Below, in pieces: positions 15,319 through 30,880 of a stretch of 64,000 nucleotides of DNA. The translations under genes and the position numbers were made by a program. Below the pieces are notes generated by a model that worked only from the letters and a program-made list of their open reading frames with translations, did no database searches and had not been told where the DNA came from. This DNA is from the human T2T-CHM13v2.0 reference genome, Homo sapiens, in NCBI RefSeq assembly GCF_009914755.1, contig NC_060928.1. One strand, written 5' to 3'. Each line of letters opens with the position of its first letter. Positions within the stretch are counted from its first letter, which is position 1.

Positions 15319-15570
15319 CTGCCTGGCACTGTGGCTCATGCCTGTAATCCTAGCACTTTGGGAGACCAAGGTGGGCTGATCACTTGAGGTCAGGAGTTTG
15401 AGACCAGCCTGGCCAACATGGTGAAAGCTTGTCTCTAATAAAAATACAAAAATTAGTGGGAAATCACTTGAACCAGGGAGGCTGAGGATGCAGTGAGCTG
15501 AGATTGTGCCACTGCACTCCAGCCTAGGCAACAGAGTGAGACTCCACCTCAAAAAAATAAAAATAAAAAA
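15319..15570 (+). mobile_element. AluS with ~50-nt right-arm deletion
   Basis: AAATTAG joined to GGGAAATCACTTGAACC; TSD TGAATTAC. Confidence 0.93.
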
Positions 15571-15944
15571 TGAATTACCCAATGTACAATAACAGACAGT
15601 GTTTCTTTTTTTTTCTTGGTTCCAAAGCAATTTTTATATATCTGATATTATATTTTCCTGGGATTTTTCGATAATTTATATTTTGTTTTTCCCAAACAAT
15701 TGATGGCAAGCTTCTTAAGTGTGGAAAATACTTTTCATTCATAATGATAACTTCTAGGTCCAACTTATCTTTTTCTTCTGTGTACTTTTCAATACTGATT
15801 AATAAAGAAATAGGATAAACATGCCACAGTCTAACTGAACCACTTGAAATAAATTACATATTCCAGAAAAGATACATTTTGGGTATATTTGTATTTCTAA
15901 ATATTTGTATTACTAAATAATTTTCCACCAAATATCCCTTTTTA

Positions 15945-16640
15945 GAAATGGACTTTCATTTTTAGAGCAGTTTTAGTTTCACCGCAAAATTGAGCAGAAG
16001 GTCCAGAAATTTCCCATGTGCCTCCTCCCCGCAACAGGTACATAGCTTCTTCCATTACCAACATCCCCCCAGAGTGGTATGCTTGTTGCAATCAGTGAAA
16101 CTTCACTGATACATTATTACTACCCAAGCTCTATTGTTTGTTAGGGCTTACTCTTGGTGTTGTATATTCTGTGGGCTTAACCAAATGCATAATGGTGGCA
16201 TGTATCCACTATTACAGTATTAGACAGAACACTCACTTTCCTAAAAATCCTCTTTGCTCTTTTGCTCTTCCTATTCATCCCTCCCTCCCCGCTAAGTCCC
16301 TGAAACCACTTTTTTTTTCACTCTCTCCTTAGTTTTACCTTTTCCAGAATATCATGTAGTTGGAATCATAAAGTATGTAGCCTTTGCAGATTGGCTTCTT
16401 TTACTTGGTAATATGCATTTAAGTTTCCTCCATGTTTGTTCATGGCTTGACATTTATTTTTAGTGCTGAGTAATATCCCATTGTCTGGGTGAACTGCAAC
16501 TTACTTATCTACTCACCTGCTGAAAGACATCTTGATTTCGTCCCAGTTTTGGCAATTGTAGATAAAGCTATTCTGAGCATCTATGTGCAGCTTTTCTCAA
16601 TTCCCTTGAGTAAATACCAAGGCACACATTGCTGGATTGC
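15945..16640 (-). mobile_element. L1MC-like 3' UTR
   Basis: TTTTTAGAGCAGTTTTAGTTTCACCGCAAAATTGAGCAGAAGG is the characteristic reverse L1MC end. Confidence 0.85.
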
Positions 16641-17975
16641 CAAGTATCTCTTTTGTTATTTTCTCTTTAGGCAAAAACTGTCTCGGTGATTCTTATTTCA
16701 CAACAGGCTTAATTTATTATAATAATGTTATTTTTAGTTTTATATTGATAAAAGCAATACAGAAATAAACATAATGTAAAAACCATGAGAAGTAATAACA
16801 TAATTTTAAAAAATATTTGAATTGCATATTATAACCTGTACTGATACATACAAATCTAAGAACCAAAAGCAGTTATCCAATTATCTAGAACAGTGGCTAA
16901 CCAAAGTCATTCTATTGCATTCACAGTTTGATTTTCTACAAGTTGAGAATGATAAAGGCTTATTATTAACACCAGGTTGAAATGGAATAATTGCAATTAC
17001 TACTAGAAAATTAATATACCTATTTTAGCTATTAGAAAAAAATTATCAATTGCAAAATGAAAAATCTAATAGTTCAAGTATTATGAATATAAAAAATATA
17101 AATTAGTTGTGATTGTGTAATGTAAGAAACTTTATTTGGTTATACTCCACAAAATAAATAAATATTTGAGAATAAAACAAAATTAAATTGAAATCACAGA
17201 CAATTTTCTTTTGCTACTCGCCACAAATAATATAACTAAGCTATGGGCCACTGAATAAATAGCAGCAAAGCACAGCAATCACTAGAAGGAAACAAACATT
17301 TGAACTTGAAATAAAGGAAGATTTGCATATGTGCCTGGCAAAAGAATCTATTGATTAAAACAAATTACATCTCCATTTTTTAAGTTGAGTTTATGTCTAG
17401 AATAAATAGAGAATGATCCATAGCAAGCAGGAAATCTCACAGAGTTGCAGAGCAGCAATATAAATACTACATTACTCAAAATTAATTTTCAACTATAAAC
17501 TTTTCAAAAGCCAGCACACATATAATAAAAAAATGAATTTGAATGAATGGTAGTAGGATTGAGACAAAAAAAGGAAGAATGAGGAAATGAGAGATAGAGC
17601 TAGAAGGTAGAAAAAGAGAAAGATATTTCTAAATGCAATAGCATACCCTTTATTGTTAGTCTATATAAAGGCATATGATGGATTATATGTAATATAAATT
17701 TCCTTTGACATTTAGATTCCTTCAATACAGTGCCACTGAAATTTTAAGTTTAAAATTAATCTAGAGAGTTACAGTAAGATCAGAGTCTTGCTTCATTGAT
17801 ACATAACACTTCTGTTTATTAGTTGTTTTAAGAACTACACATTAGCAGCTTTGTTGTGTCAGGAGATAAATATAATAACATCACAGATGATGAAATTTAT
17901 CAATCTGCAGAAAATGATTTCGGACTCAGTAAAGGACACAGAGAAGAATCTATGTATTTATATATTGTCTGTTTG

Positions 17976-18011
17976 TCTATCTATCTATCTATCTATCATC
18001 TATCTATCTAT
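17976..18011. repeat. (CTAT)n microsatellite
   Basis: Direct reading. Confidence 0.9.
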
Positions 18012-18226
18012 AATTGTTACTATGGGAGCACACTTAAGGAGCAAAAAAGGAGAGTTTAAAGTTGGCCAAAGACAGGTATGGGAAAGTAGGTTGATGCTTT
18101 GAGAAGGGAGGTCCTGGTACAGATGGATAAGAAGTAATTATGAAGAGTGAATTTTAGAAGAAAAAGCTAAATGTGGGCAATGACAGAAGACAGAAAACAA
18201 AGTCTAGGTCAAAGGTTATTCAATGT

Positions 18227-18522
<296 letters not shown>

Positions 18523-18828
18523 TTAGAGCTCCATTACAGATTACTGAATGTTATCCTTATGATTTTGGCCTTAATTCTGTGATAAAAAACACATTTTTAG
18601 AAAATATAAGTAGGAGAATGGAATAATGAGAGTTGTACTTTAGAAAAAATAGTTCTTGGGTGCTGCATTGTTTAAAGCTCCAAGAATTAACAAGTGTCAA
18701 GATCCAGTTGAATGTTTGTTGCTTACTTATTTTTTTTTAGAATTTCTGAGACATATCACCAAGAAAATACTAACTTGAACTATACTACTCTTTCTCTCTC
18801 AAGAATTGATCTAAGATACAGTTAAATA

Positions 18829-19567
<739 letters not shown>

Positions 19568-20679
19568 TACTTGCTCATGTATATTTTTGTTTTGAATGAG
19601 ACACTGATTATATAAAGAACAGTTATACAACTTACTAAAAATAACTAACAAAGCTGTGATCTAGTATATGTTTCAATGAATTATATAAAAATCCATTTGT
19701 TGGCTACAAAACAATTTATGAAATGGATTTTCTTTGTTGTCTTAAACTGGCTACTAGAAAGTTTACAGCATAAGAATATGCAATGCATGAATAATTCCTT
19801 ACAATTTATACTGTGTGGTATGAAGACTAAGCCTCTGTCTAATAGTATCTAGTAGATGTTATTATTATCCATATTTGCTTGTGAGGAAAATCATACATGA
19901 GAAATTAATTTTATTGACAAAGGGAACATGAACTCACTGTTAGGACTGGTATTTAGATCTATATAACCTGGACACAGAGTTCACACTTCTAAAATGTTGA
20001 TATACTGTATCTCATCAATCAGGATCTTGTTCTAGAAGCACTCAAGTAATCTGATTGTTTTTTACTTATGAAAATTGTATAAAACATTTGAGTAAATGTA
20101 AATAATATTATGTAGTGGAATTATTTAGGAAAATATTATGTTTGTGTGTATTATACATGCAGTTCATCCAATGTGTTTGGATTTTAACTTTTTGGAAAAT
20201 ATTTGCTGTTGTAAGCAGAAATTTCTATAATCCATGGTTATTATTTGTATAGGAGTAACTTCTTAAAAGTAAAATGCCTGGGACAAATATACAGATATAT
20301 TTATATTTGTGTGTGTGTATAGTATGTGTGCATATGTCTATTTATGTGTGTATATGTTTATATATGTATATTTCTGAACGTAATTAAAAAATGTACCTGA
20401 GCAGCTGTTGTCAATTTGGCTTATACAGATCAGAATTAACTCCTTTTAAAGAAGTGGCTCTGGAGTCATCTGAGTTCATTGAGATGTTCAAGAAATATTC
20501 AAAGTTGCAGATAATTCTATGATGCAAATACATCAAATTGTTTGTGTTGTTTTAATGAAAAATGCTGATTTCTTTCTGAAAATACCATCATATTAATTTA
20601 AGCACCAAGACTCTCCTCACATACTTGCTGGAAGAACTTTCTCTGAACTAACCTTCCCATTATTGGACATTCCTTCATT

Positions 20680-20886
20680 TTATTTCATAAGCGCCTACAA
20701 TGTCTGTATCATAACACTTAGCATATTGTGTGAGATATGATGGTAGAATTAGTAGCTTTACCTGAAAGTTTTACGCGACTTGAAAAAAACTAAAATGTCA
20801 TATTTACTTTTACATGCTGGGAACTTAGCACATAGTTTAGCATATTGTAGGGATTTTAATAACCATATGTTAAACAAATGAATGAA
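20680..20886 (+). mobile_element. L2 3' end
   Basis: TTAGCACATAGTTTAGCATATTGTAGG...AAATGAATGAA. Confidence 0.6.
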
Positions 20887-21059
20887 GATAGTCATGTACA
20901 AGCTGAGCAGGGGGAAAAGAGGACTTTGAAACTGCAAGACAATGAAAAAAACGGTTTTACCCAGGCTTTTGAGGTGGTAAAAATAAAGATAATATTGGAT
21001 ATCAATAACTTATCAATAACCATTTAGAGCTTCCCTGAAAGTGAATGTAATAAATATTT

Positions 21060-21818
21060 AGAAAGGAAAAAATAAAAACTCTCTGCTAGATTTATTTCAT
21101 TCTCTTGCAATGCTTAACTCTTTCAGACCAAGATTGAATTAGAAATTTAAATTTTTCCAGAAATCAAAGTTCAGGCACAAAAGTCTTCACAGGTAAAATA
21201 TACCAAATATTTTTAAAATAACTCTTGTTTTTCCATCCATCAGCAATGAATAATTTGGAAATAAAATTAAGAAAACAATTCTACATATAAGAACATTATA
21301 AACATATGTATGAACAATATATATCTCTATTATATATATTTATATAACACATAAATAAAATATAGTGCACAAGTTTTACACTGAAAACTAGAAAACGTTA
21401 TTGCAAAAAGTTAAAGAAGATCTAAATAAATGATGAGCAATTCTAAATTATTGAATTGGATGACTGAAAACTAAGGTGGCAATTGTTCCTAAATTGATCT
21501 GGAGATGCTGTACAGTTGCTATCAAAATTCCATAACCTCAAAAAGAGTGTGAAAGTGAAAGAAGTCAGATAAAAATACTACATATTGTGTGAAATATCTA
21601 GAAAAGGTAAATATGCACAGAGAGAATGTAGATTAGAAGTTGCCTGAGTCCGGAAGGTAGGAGATGGGATTGACTTAATTGGCATGACAGATGATTTTGA
21701 GTTAATGGAAAATGTTCTAAAACTGAAGGTCGCACATTCTATAAATTTACTAAAATTCATTGGATTATATTCTTAAAAATGTTGAATTTATTCTGTACAC
21801 TTTGTACCTCAATAAAGC
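21060..21818 (+). mobile_element. Old L1M ORF2 pieces plus L1MB-like 3' UTR
   Basis: TACACTGAAAACTAGAAAACG...AAAGAAGATCTAAATAAATG; ends TACCTCAATAAAG. Confidence 0.7.
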
Positions 21819-22345
21819 TTTTTCAAACTCATGAAAGTGTTGCAAAACCTTAGCATTGAAGAAAAAAATGGCCTGAAGGATTTTTTAGATTAAACTCTAG
21901 AATTGGAAATAAAAGGCAACAACTTAAGAACTAGTTTTCTCTCAAAGTAGAGATATATTTAATCAGCTGAGGGCAATAGGAATGCTCAGAGAGCAACTGA
22001 GTTCTATTTTTTAGTGTCTGTGGGCAGAGACCTCTTGCTGGGGCTAGGCCAGAGAGTCTCAGGGAGAGAGGGTCTGTGTGTCACCCTCCTGTGACAGCAT
22101 CAGGGAAGCCTGTCATCTCATGGTGTGCCTGGGCAGAACAGTAGTAATGGTTCAGTGAGGGGTTGTAGATTGGCAGAGTGCAGCCTTTTAGAACTCTGCA
22201 CACCCCATCATGATGAAAAGAGCGTGAGGTCATTTGTGTATTTTCTTCCTACGGAAAATTGCATGCTCTTAGGCAAGCCTGAAGGTAGTACTTAGGGAAG
22301 TAAAAGTAAATAAATAAATAAATAAGAAAAAATATATAAGAATTT

Positions 22346-22397
<52 letters not shown>
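22346..22397. repeat. (TA)n(TG)n(TA)n compound microsatellite
   Basis: Direct reading. Confidence 0.95.
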
Positions 22398-22398
<1 letters not shown>

Positions 22399-23055
22399 CT
22401 CCACACTTATATGTTCCGGAAATAAAGGAACAATTCAAGACACCAAAACAGTGTCTTTTTCTGGAACTTATAGTGTCTTATTTTAGTGTGGGATTAAACC
22501 TAACTACATTTTAGTTCCTGAACTAAAATAAGGTGTAGGAACAATTCAAGACCATTGAGATAAAAGACATCTGAATGTGGTGAAAAAACACCGGATATGA
22601 AGTAAAGAAAATGAAGTTTTAGTCTTAGTTAATCTTTTAATAATTAGTTTTTGACTTCATATGAATTACTTGTCCTCTGCTTAACTATAGAAAAATAACT
22701 GTAATAAATGTCCTCTAACATCCTATACTCTTGTATCATTCTAAAAGAGTGAGGTGTAAGATAAGGCTGTAAGTGTGGCTCAGTTAACTGAAATGAAGGT
22801 GAAGGTGCTGGAGTCCTTGTTAATATAACAGATATAACAGAGAATAAGCAAGGAAGCCTTATTCCTAATCTGGACTGCCTCCCTACAGATTTAAGCATTT
22901 CTATCAATAATCCTCTTCGTTAATTATAGCTACTAACACAGGCATTCTGACATTGTTTGACTGACTTATGTAAAATCTCACATGAATACTAAATAGTTAT
23001 CTACTAGATCTATTCTTCCAATATTATGTTTTATATCTTTGGTCTTATTGTGGTA

Positions 23056-23363
<308 letters not shown>

Positions 23364-24879
23364 GTATAATATTTTTGACCCCAAATTGGATTAGATCAAC
23401 ATTTTCTTTTTACCTGTAAACCCATTTGTTTTATGACTTCTTCAGTATGCAATCAACTTTAGTAAATTATTTTAATTTGAAAGAACCTGACAAGTTGCTC
23501 CTGATGAGTACCTGTGGCAACTGGAAAATGAAAGAAAATTAGATCCTTCATGGTTTGGGGCATAATTTCTTCCTAATATTTTTAGTGATTCATTTTAATG
23601 CTTCTTCAAATCATATCCTATTATGAACAAAAGGAGAAGAGTCTCCCATAATGTGTAGTAATAGAATTATTTAGTCCAAGGTAACCAACCTCTTGATTTT
23701 AGGGCAGCATAATATGTTTGCTCAATTAAGAAATTTTAGTCAGAAATCAAAGAAACAGCAATTATCATCTCCAATTATAATAGCCCTTTTAATTTATTAT
23801 AAATTATAATTTGCCCATGATCCACATGTATAATATAGCATTAATGAGAAGCTGACTGTGACTCTTTGAATGAGTGCCCAAAAACTGCCTACCTGAAATA
23901 AAGTAGCAAAATTCTACTATAAAGCCTTGCTAAAATTGACTTGGTAATAAAATCACTTAACACTAAGCAGCAAAGATCTTCATTACCTTCTATTATTTTA
24001 CTGTAGCAATATGGCCTAAATGCAACATTACATACTCATTGCTAATTTTGTTCCCTCATAAAGAATGTACTCGTTTCTAAAGAATGTACTCTTTCCTTGC
24101 TAAAAACCGTTTCAGAAAATATATATTCTGAGACATTATTGATCCCATTAAGAATTCTGTCTTAATTTTCTACTGGTAAATATTAGGATGTGGAAAGGAA
24201 AAATGTGAGAATAGCATCTCCCTTTTCACAATTTTCCCGAGAAACACATGATGTTCTCAGAATAAAAAAGGCACAACTTCTAGTTAATCATCATTTTGAC
24301 CTTGTGTGTCTGGGTAACAAACTAATGTGTAGTGATTCTTCTCATTAACGTTTATATGAAGAATAGGAATGGAGTCCCTACAAATACTATGCTTCTCCCC
24401 CAGAAATTATCAATTAAAAATCATGAAATGGCAATTTTAACCATGCAACCAATAAATGATTTGGTGTAAAAACCTAACTCTCTCTATATGTATATTTTTC
24501 AATAAATATTATTATATTTACAATTATTTTAATGGATGATAGTCACTCAAGTTTGTATTAGTTCCTAGGAATAATCTGTAAAACAAGCCAGAATTGATTC
24601 ATGCCGTCTCAGACCTTACAACCTTTTAAAGATGACAGATATTTAACTTAAAAATTTTGAAAGTTATAATTTTAATTTAAAACATAAGATTCTGTGGTAA
24701 TCTATAACAGGATTATATCATATTAAGAGGAACGTAAAAAACTTTTAAGATTAAGTATGTTTAGACTAGACACAAATTTTGCTCAAGGAATATAGTAATA
24801 TGGCTAAGGCCTTTAAAAGACAAGAAATAAAACATTACAGTAAATATAAGCATTACATGTTTGATAAGAAATAGAAAAT

Positions 24880-25749
24880 GAAGAGCAATGTTTGAAGTAG
24901 CCAAGAAAGGACCTCTGAAAATCTTGTTTTCCATAAAAGCAATGAGAACAACACTGGCAAAGAAAAAAAAAGTCAAAATTATGGAAATTAATGGAAGAAT
25001 TGCAACTATCTGAGGGATGTTTATTTTAGAAAAAGAGGTAAATGTTGGGAAGAACAGTGAACTTTGTGTTGTTTTCATTTGTACAATTTCCATTAGCTCC
25101 CACCTACCTCCATAGTAGCCTTGAAATCCTTCAACTCCAAAGGCATTGGGGAGGGAAGAAAGAGGTTGGAGTTCTGAGCTCCTCTAATTGTACATTCCAC
25201 CATCACTATCAAAAACAACCAATGGAAATTGTTTAACTCTGTGGCTGCCTTAGGTGACAATAACAGTTGTTGCAACAAATAACAAAATGATCAAAAACCT
25301 TAAAAGGAAAAGCTTGGAAATTAAATGAGCATAGGAGACTTTGAAACGTTCTGACATGTTTCAGGGACTATAGATGGTTATAGGAAGATGTAGGGCTGTG
25401 TGCATGCCCAGGGCTAAGAGCATGACAAGGAATAATTTGAGATGGCTCTAAGCACTCACTTCTGTTTCTTCTAGTGATTCTGTGCAGGCAAGAAGTGAAG
25501 GCTAAGGCATAGCTGTAAACAGCCTTCCAGATCTCTGAATGAATGCCCCCAAACACAGACTGGCTTGCCAAAGACTGGGAGACTTACTGATTCCAGACAT
25601 TTAAGAAAATCTTTGTCCAATGGTTAGCTGACAACTAAACTACCATGTGGAGGGGCTTCATTAACCACACATGGCAAACAAAGTATTCTACAAAACTGTT
25701 TTAGAAAGTCCTAAACAAACAAGAAAACCAACAAAAAAACAGCAACAAC
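24880..25749 (+). mobile_element. Old L1M (MC/MD-like) 5' region, left part
   Basis: Resembles L1M 5' UTR and appears to continue after 27575 into ORF1. Confidence 0.6.
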
Positions 25750-27574
25750 TTTTCACTGCTGAGTCTGATGTTACCTGCAGGCTTGTCTTATATGGCCTTT
25801 ATTATATTGAGGTACATTCCTTCTATACTTAGTTTGTTGAAAGTTTTTTTTTAACATGAAATTACATTGAATCTTATCAAATGCTTTTTCTGCATTTTTT
25901 TTTAAAGAGACAAGTTGCAATGTTCCCCAAGCTGATCTCAAATACCTGGCCTCAAGTTATCCCCCCACCTCAGCCTCCCAGGTTGGGATTGCAGGTACAC
26001 ACCAGCACGTCTGTCTTTGTGAACCTATTGGAAGAATCATATGGTATTTATCTTTCATTCTGTTAATATTGTTTGTCACATTTATTGATTTGCATTTGTT
26101 GAACCATTCTAGAATCCCAGGGTTAAATCCCACTTGATCCCAATGCATGATCATTTTAATGCACTGTTGAATTTGGCTTGTTAGTACTTTGATGAGGATT
26201 TTTACATCTATGTTTATCAAGGATATTGGTCTATAATTATCTTTTCTTATAGTGTCCTTCTCTGGCTTTGGGTAATTATAGGGTATGATAGCCTTGCAGA
26301 ATGAATTTGGAAGTGTTGCTTCTCTTTAATTTTTTGAAATAATTCAAAAAGGGTTGGTATTAATTCTTCTTTGTTTGTTAGAATTCACCAGTGAAACCAT
26401 CAGGTCCTGGGCATTTCTTTGTGGGAGATTGTTGATTATTGATTAAATCTCCTTACTTGTTCTTGGTCTGTTCAGATTTTGTATTTTTTAATGATTCAGT
26501 GTTAGTAGGTTATATGTTTCTAAAAATTTATCCATTTATTCTAGGTTATCAGATTGATTGGCATGTAATTGTTCATAGTAGTTTCTTATGATCCTTTGTA
26601 ACTGTATGCCAACAGGTATATGGAAAGGTGCTGAATACCATTAATCATCAAGGAAATGCAGATCAAAACTAAAATAAGATATAACTTTATGTCTGTTAGA
26701 ATAACTATTGATAAAAAATAAATATCAAGTGTTGGCAAGAATGTGGAGAAAAAGGTGTCCTTATATATTGTTGGTGGAAATGTTAATTTGTATAGCCATT
26801 ATCAAAAATGGTATGGACTTTCCTCAAAAAGTTATATATGGTACTACTGTATGATCTAGCAATCCTACTTATGGGTATTTATCCAAACGAAGTTAAATCA
26901 GGATCTCAAAGAGATACCAGCATTCCCATATTCACTGCAGGATCATTCACAATAATCAAGATACAGAATCAACCCAAATATCCATTAACAGATGACTAGA
27001 TCAAGAAAATGTGAATATATATAATGGAATACTATTCAGGCTTAAAAAAGGAAATCCTGCTATTTGCAACAAGATGGCTTCTCCTGGAGGAATTTATGCT
27101 AAATAAAATAAGCCAGCAGTGAAAGATAAATATTGTACAATCTCTCATACACATGGAATCTAAAATAGTAAAATTTACAGAAGCAGATAATAGAATGCTG
27201 ATTGCCAAGGACTAGGGAGAAATGGGGAGGTGATGGCCAAAGGATGGATAGTTTCAGTTATGCAAGATAAATAAGTGCTGGAGGTCTACTGTACATCATA
27301 GGGCCTATAGCTAACAATACTGCATTGTATACCTAAAATTTGCTAGGAGGGTAGATTTTAAGTGTTCTAACAACACATGGAGAAAAACAATGATGATAAT
27401 GATAAAAGGGTGGTGAGAAACTTTAAGAGGTGATAAATATATTTATAGCTTTGATGTTCTGATTGTTTCATGGCTATACATATTTAACTCCAAGTTCATT
27501 TCATTGTACACATTAAACGTGTACAGCTTCTTATATGTCAAAAAATCGTAAGTTTCTCAAGGATATAATCTGGG
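25750..27574 (+). mobile_element. L1MA-like element with inverted 5' segment (25750-26600 minus; ~26606-27574 plus)
   Basis: Minus ORF 25957-26220 (MINIDVKILIK...DQVGFNPG) abuts plus ORF 26808-26999 (ORF2 C-terminus) and 3' UTR; degenerate TSD. Confidence 0.85.
25896..26012 (-). mobile_element. FLAM-type Alu monomer
   Basis: Single ~115-nt monomer with T-tail inside the L1. Confidence 0.8.
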
Positions 27575-29222
27575 AAAAAACACCAAGAACAAACCTGAGG
27601 AGAGTTGTAGAATCTGTTTTCCATAGTTGCCACATTGTATTACTAAAATATCCAGCACTTAAGGAAAAAAATCAAGACATTAAAAAAAGTATGGGCCTAT
27701 GCAGGAAAAGAAACATCATTAGAAATTATGAGGGAGCCCAGATATTAGACGTACTAGACAATGCTTCAAATTAGCTATTTTAAATATATTCAAACAACTA
27801 GTGTCTAAAAAATTAAAGCAAAGTATGAGAACCATGTCTCTCCAAAGCTAGAATACCAATGATACAAAAATTCAAAACAAATAAAAATTCAGGAGTTAAA
27901 AAATGTAAAAATTAAACTAAGAAAACGTATTTGACAGAATGAATAACAGAATTGAACTGCCAAAAAAAAAAAAGAAGCAATAAAATTTAGGGATACAGAA
28001 GAAAAAAAGAAGGAAACATAATATAACCTCAAGGACCTCTGGACACCTTCAAATCTACCAACATATACATAATGGGAGTCACAGAGAAGAGGAGAGAAAG
28101 AAAGGGACAGAAAGAGTATTCAAATAAACAATGGTTAAAAGATTCCAAAATGTGAAGAAAAGACCAATTATACATCTAAGAAGTTCAATGAATCCAAGTA
28201 GCATAAACTTAAAAGGATTCATACCTAAACATTTCATAAGGAAACTGTTGGACACCAAAGACAAACAGAAAATATTGAAAGAAGCAAGAGAAGAACAACG
28301 CATCAAGTACAAGGAATCCACAATCAGGTCAACATGTGATTTCTCATCTACTACCATGGAGGCCAGAAGGCAGTGGGACAGCATACTCAAAATGCTAAAA
28401 TTAAAAAAACTGGCAACCAGAATTCTATTTCCAGCAAAAATATCATTCAGAAGGTAAGAAATTAAGACATTGCTAGATAAACAAAAACTGAGAGAATCAT
28501 CATTAGCACATCTGCCATACAATAAATACTGCAATTTTTAGCTTTAAATAAAAGGACCTTAGAGAATAAATTGAATTGATGTTACAAATTTTTTAAAAAA
28601 CTCATAAAGTATCTACATAAACAATTTTAAAGAGTAATATAAGTGTGCTTTTTACTCTTTTTTATCTTATTTAAAGGACAGCAAAATAAAAGAATAATTA
28701 TAAAGCTGTGTTGAGGGGCATATAACATAAAAAGATGGAGTTTGGAGTTTGCACGCAATAATAGCACAAAGGAGTAAGGAGGAAATGAAATATACAGAAG
28801 GAATTTTTCATGAACTCTTGAAGTTAAGTTGACATTAATCTAAACTTGTCTTTTATTTTTAAAAGATTAGCTGTAATCTAGGGCAATCACTGAAAAAATA
28901 ACAATATAGTAAAAGAAAAAACAAAGGAATAACGAGGATACAATAGAAAATATCTAACAAAAGAGAAGGCAGCAACAGAGGAACAGAGGAACAGAAAAAG
29001 ACAAGACACATAGGAAACAGTAACAAAATGTAAGACGTTAATCTTACCTTATCAATAATTACATTAAATAAAATTTATTTAAACATACTGATCAAAAGGC
29101 AGAGATTGACAGACTAGCTAAAAAGAATAATCCATTTATATGCTTTTTATAAGAGACACTTTAGATTTAAAGGCAAAAAGACTTTGAAAGTAAAAGAATG
29201 AAAAATGTTATATCATGCAAGA
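27575..29222 (+). mobile_element. Old L1M ORF1 and ORF2 start (continuation of 24880 element)
   Basis: ORF 28131-28457 is ORF1p-like (KDKQKILKEARE...DFSSTTMEARRQW...RILFPAKISF). Confidence 0.85.
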
Positions 29223-29446
29223 TAGGCAAGGAGCAATGGGGTTGAAATTCTTTTCTTTGAGTAGAGTGGAATGAAGCATTATAAAATCTGAGTTCATAGG
29301 GAAGTTGGGTAAGGAAAGAGGATGTCAATTAATAAAGGAATAATAAAGCAAGTTACGAATTGGAAATCCAATGTGATTTTAGACATTCAGTGGTATTATT
29401 TAAGCAGTCAGGTTGTAATAGTAGGAATTGTGCATTAGAAAAATTA

Positions 29447-29776
<330 letters not shown>

Positions 29777-30145
29777 TCATTAAATTCATTAGTAGGAGTT
29801 TCAGGCAAGTGTTATGGATTAACTTGGGATAAGGTCAAGGAAATGACACACAGATGATAAGAATGGTGGTGGAGGACTTGGTTCATGAGCAAAGGGAAGG
29901 GTATTTTGAAAAGGGAGTGGATTACAAAAATTGTAGTTTACAGAATTTAATCTTAATATTTTGTAAGTACAATGTTAACAGATTATGTAACTAAATAGAA
30001 AGCCCGAAAATGGTGCTCAATGAATATTGGTTTTTGCAGAAAAATGGCAATGAAACTGAAGTAAATTAATTTATAAGAAGAATAAGAAGGCAAATAAAGT
30101 AAGAAATTATAGTGTATAACAAGGAAAGTGAGTGTACGTGTTTGA

Positions 30146-30550
<405 letters not shown>

Positions 30551-30779
30551 TGATATCTTATTAGAGATGGAGGGATACAATACCCAATGTTACGACAGCA
30601 CTGGGAGTACAGTTACAATACTATACTCCAAGACTAGAGTTGCTGCCTAAGAATTTTTTGATAGCAGAAAAGAGTTTTATATGATATTCTAAGTTATGAC
30701 CTGCCAGAAATAGTGAATTTCCTGAGCATGAAACTCTTGCATTTGATTTGACACACGCATGCACACACACATTTGGAAT

Positions 30780-30880
30780 ATATTCTGTATTGTGAATGAT
30801 AGATATCCAGCACCTAGAAAAGTGACTGGCACAGGAACAGAGCTGGGTTACAATAAAAATTTGTTGAATGAATGTATGAA
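30780..30880 (+). mobile_element. L2 3' end
   Basis: CCAGCACCTAGAAAAGTGACTGGCACAG...AATAAAAATTTGTTGAATGAATG. Confidence 0.75.

Noticed and set aside
25896-26012. BC200 or 7SL RNA gene copy
   Set aside because: Diverged monomer lacking the BC200 unique 3' domain and the 7SL S domain; FLAM fits better.
28131-28457. 108-aa ORF as a domesticated L1TD1-like gene
   Set aside because: Short ORF1p remnant within a decayed L1 with flanking stops.
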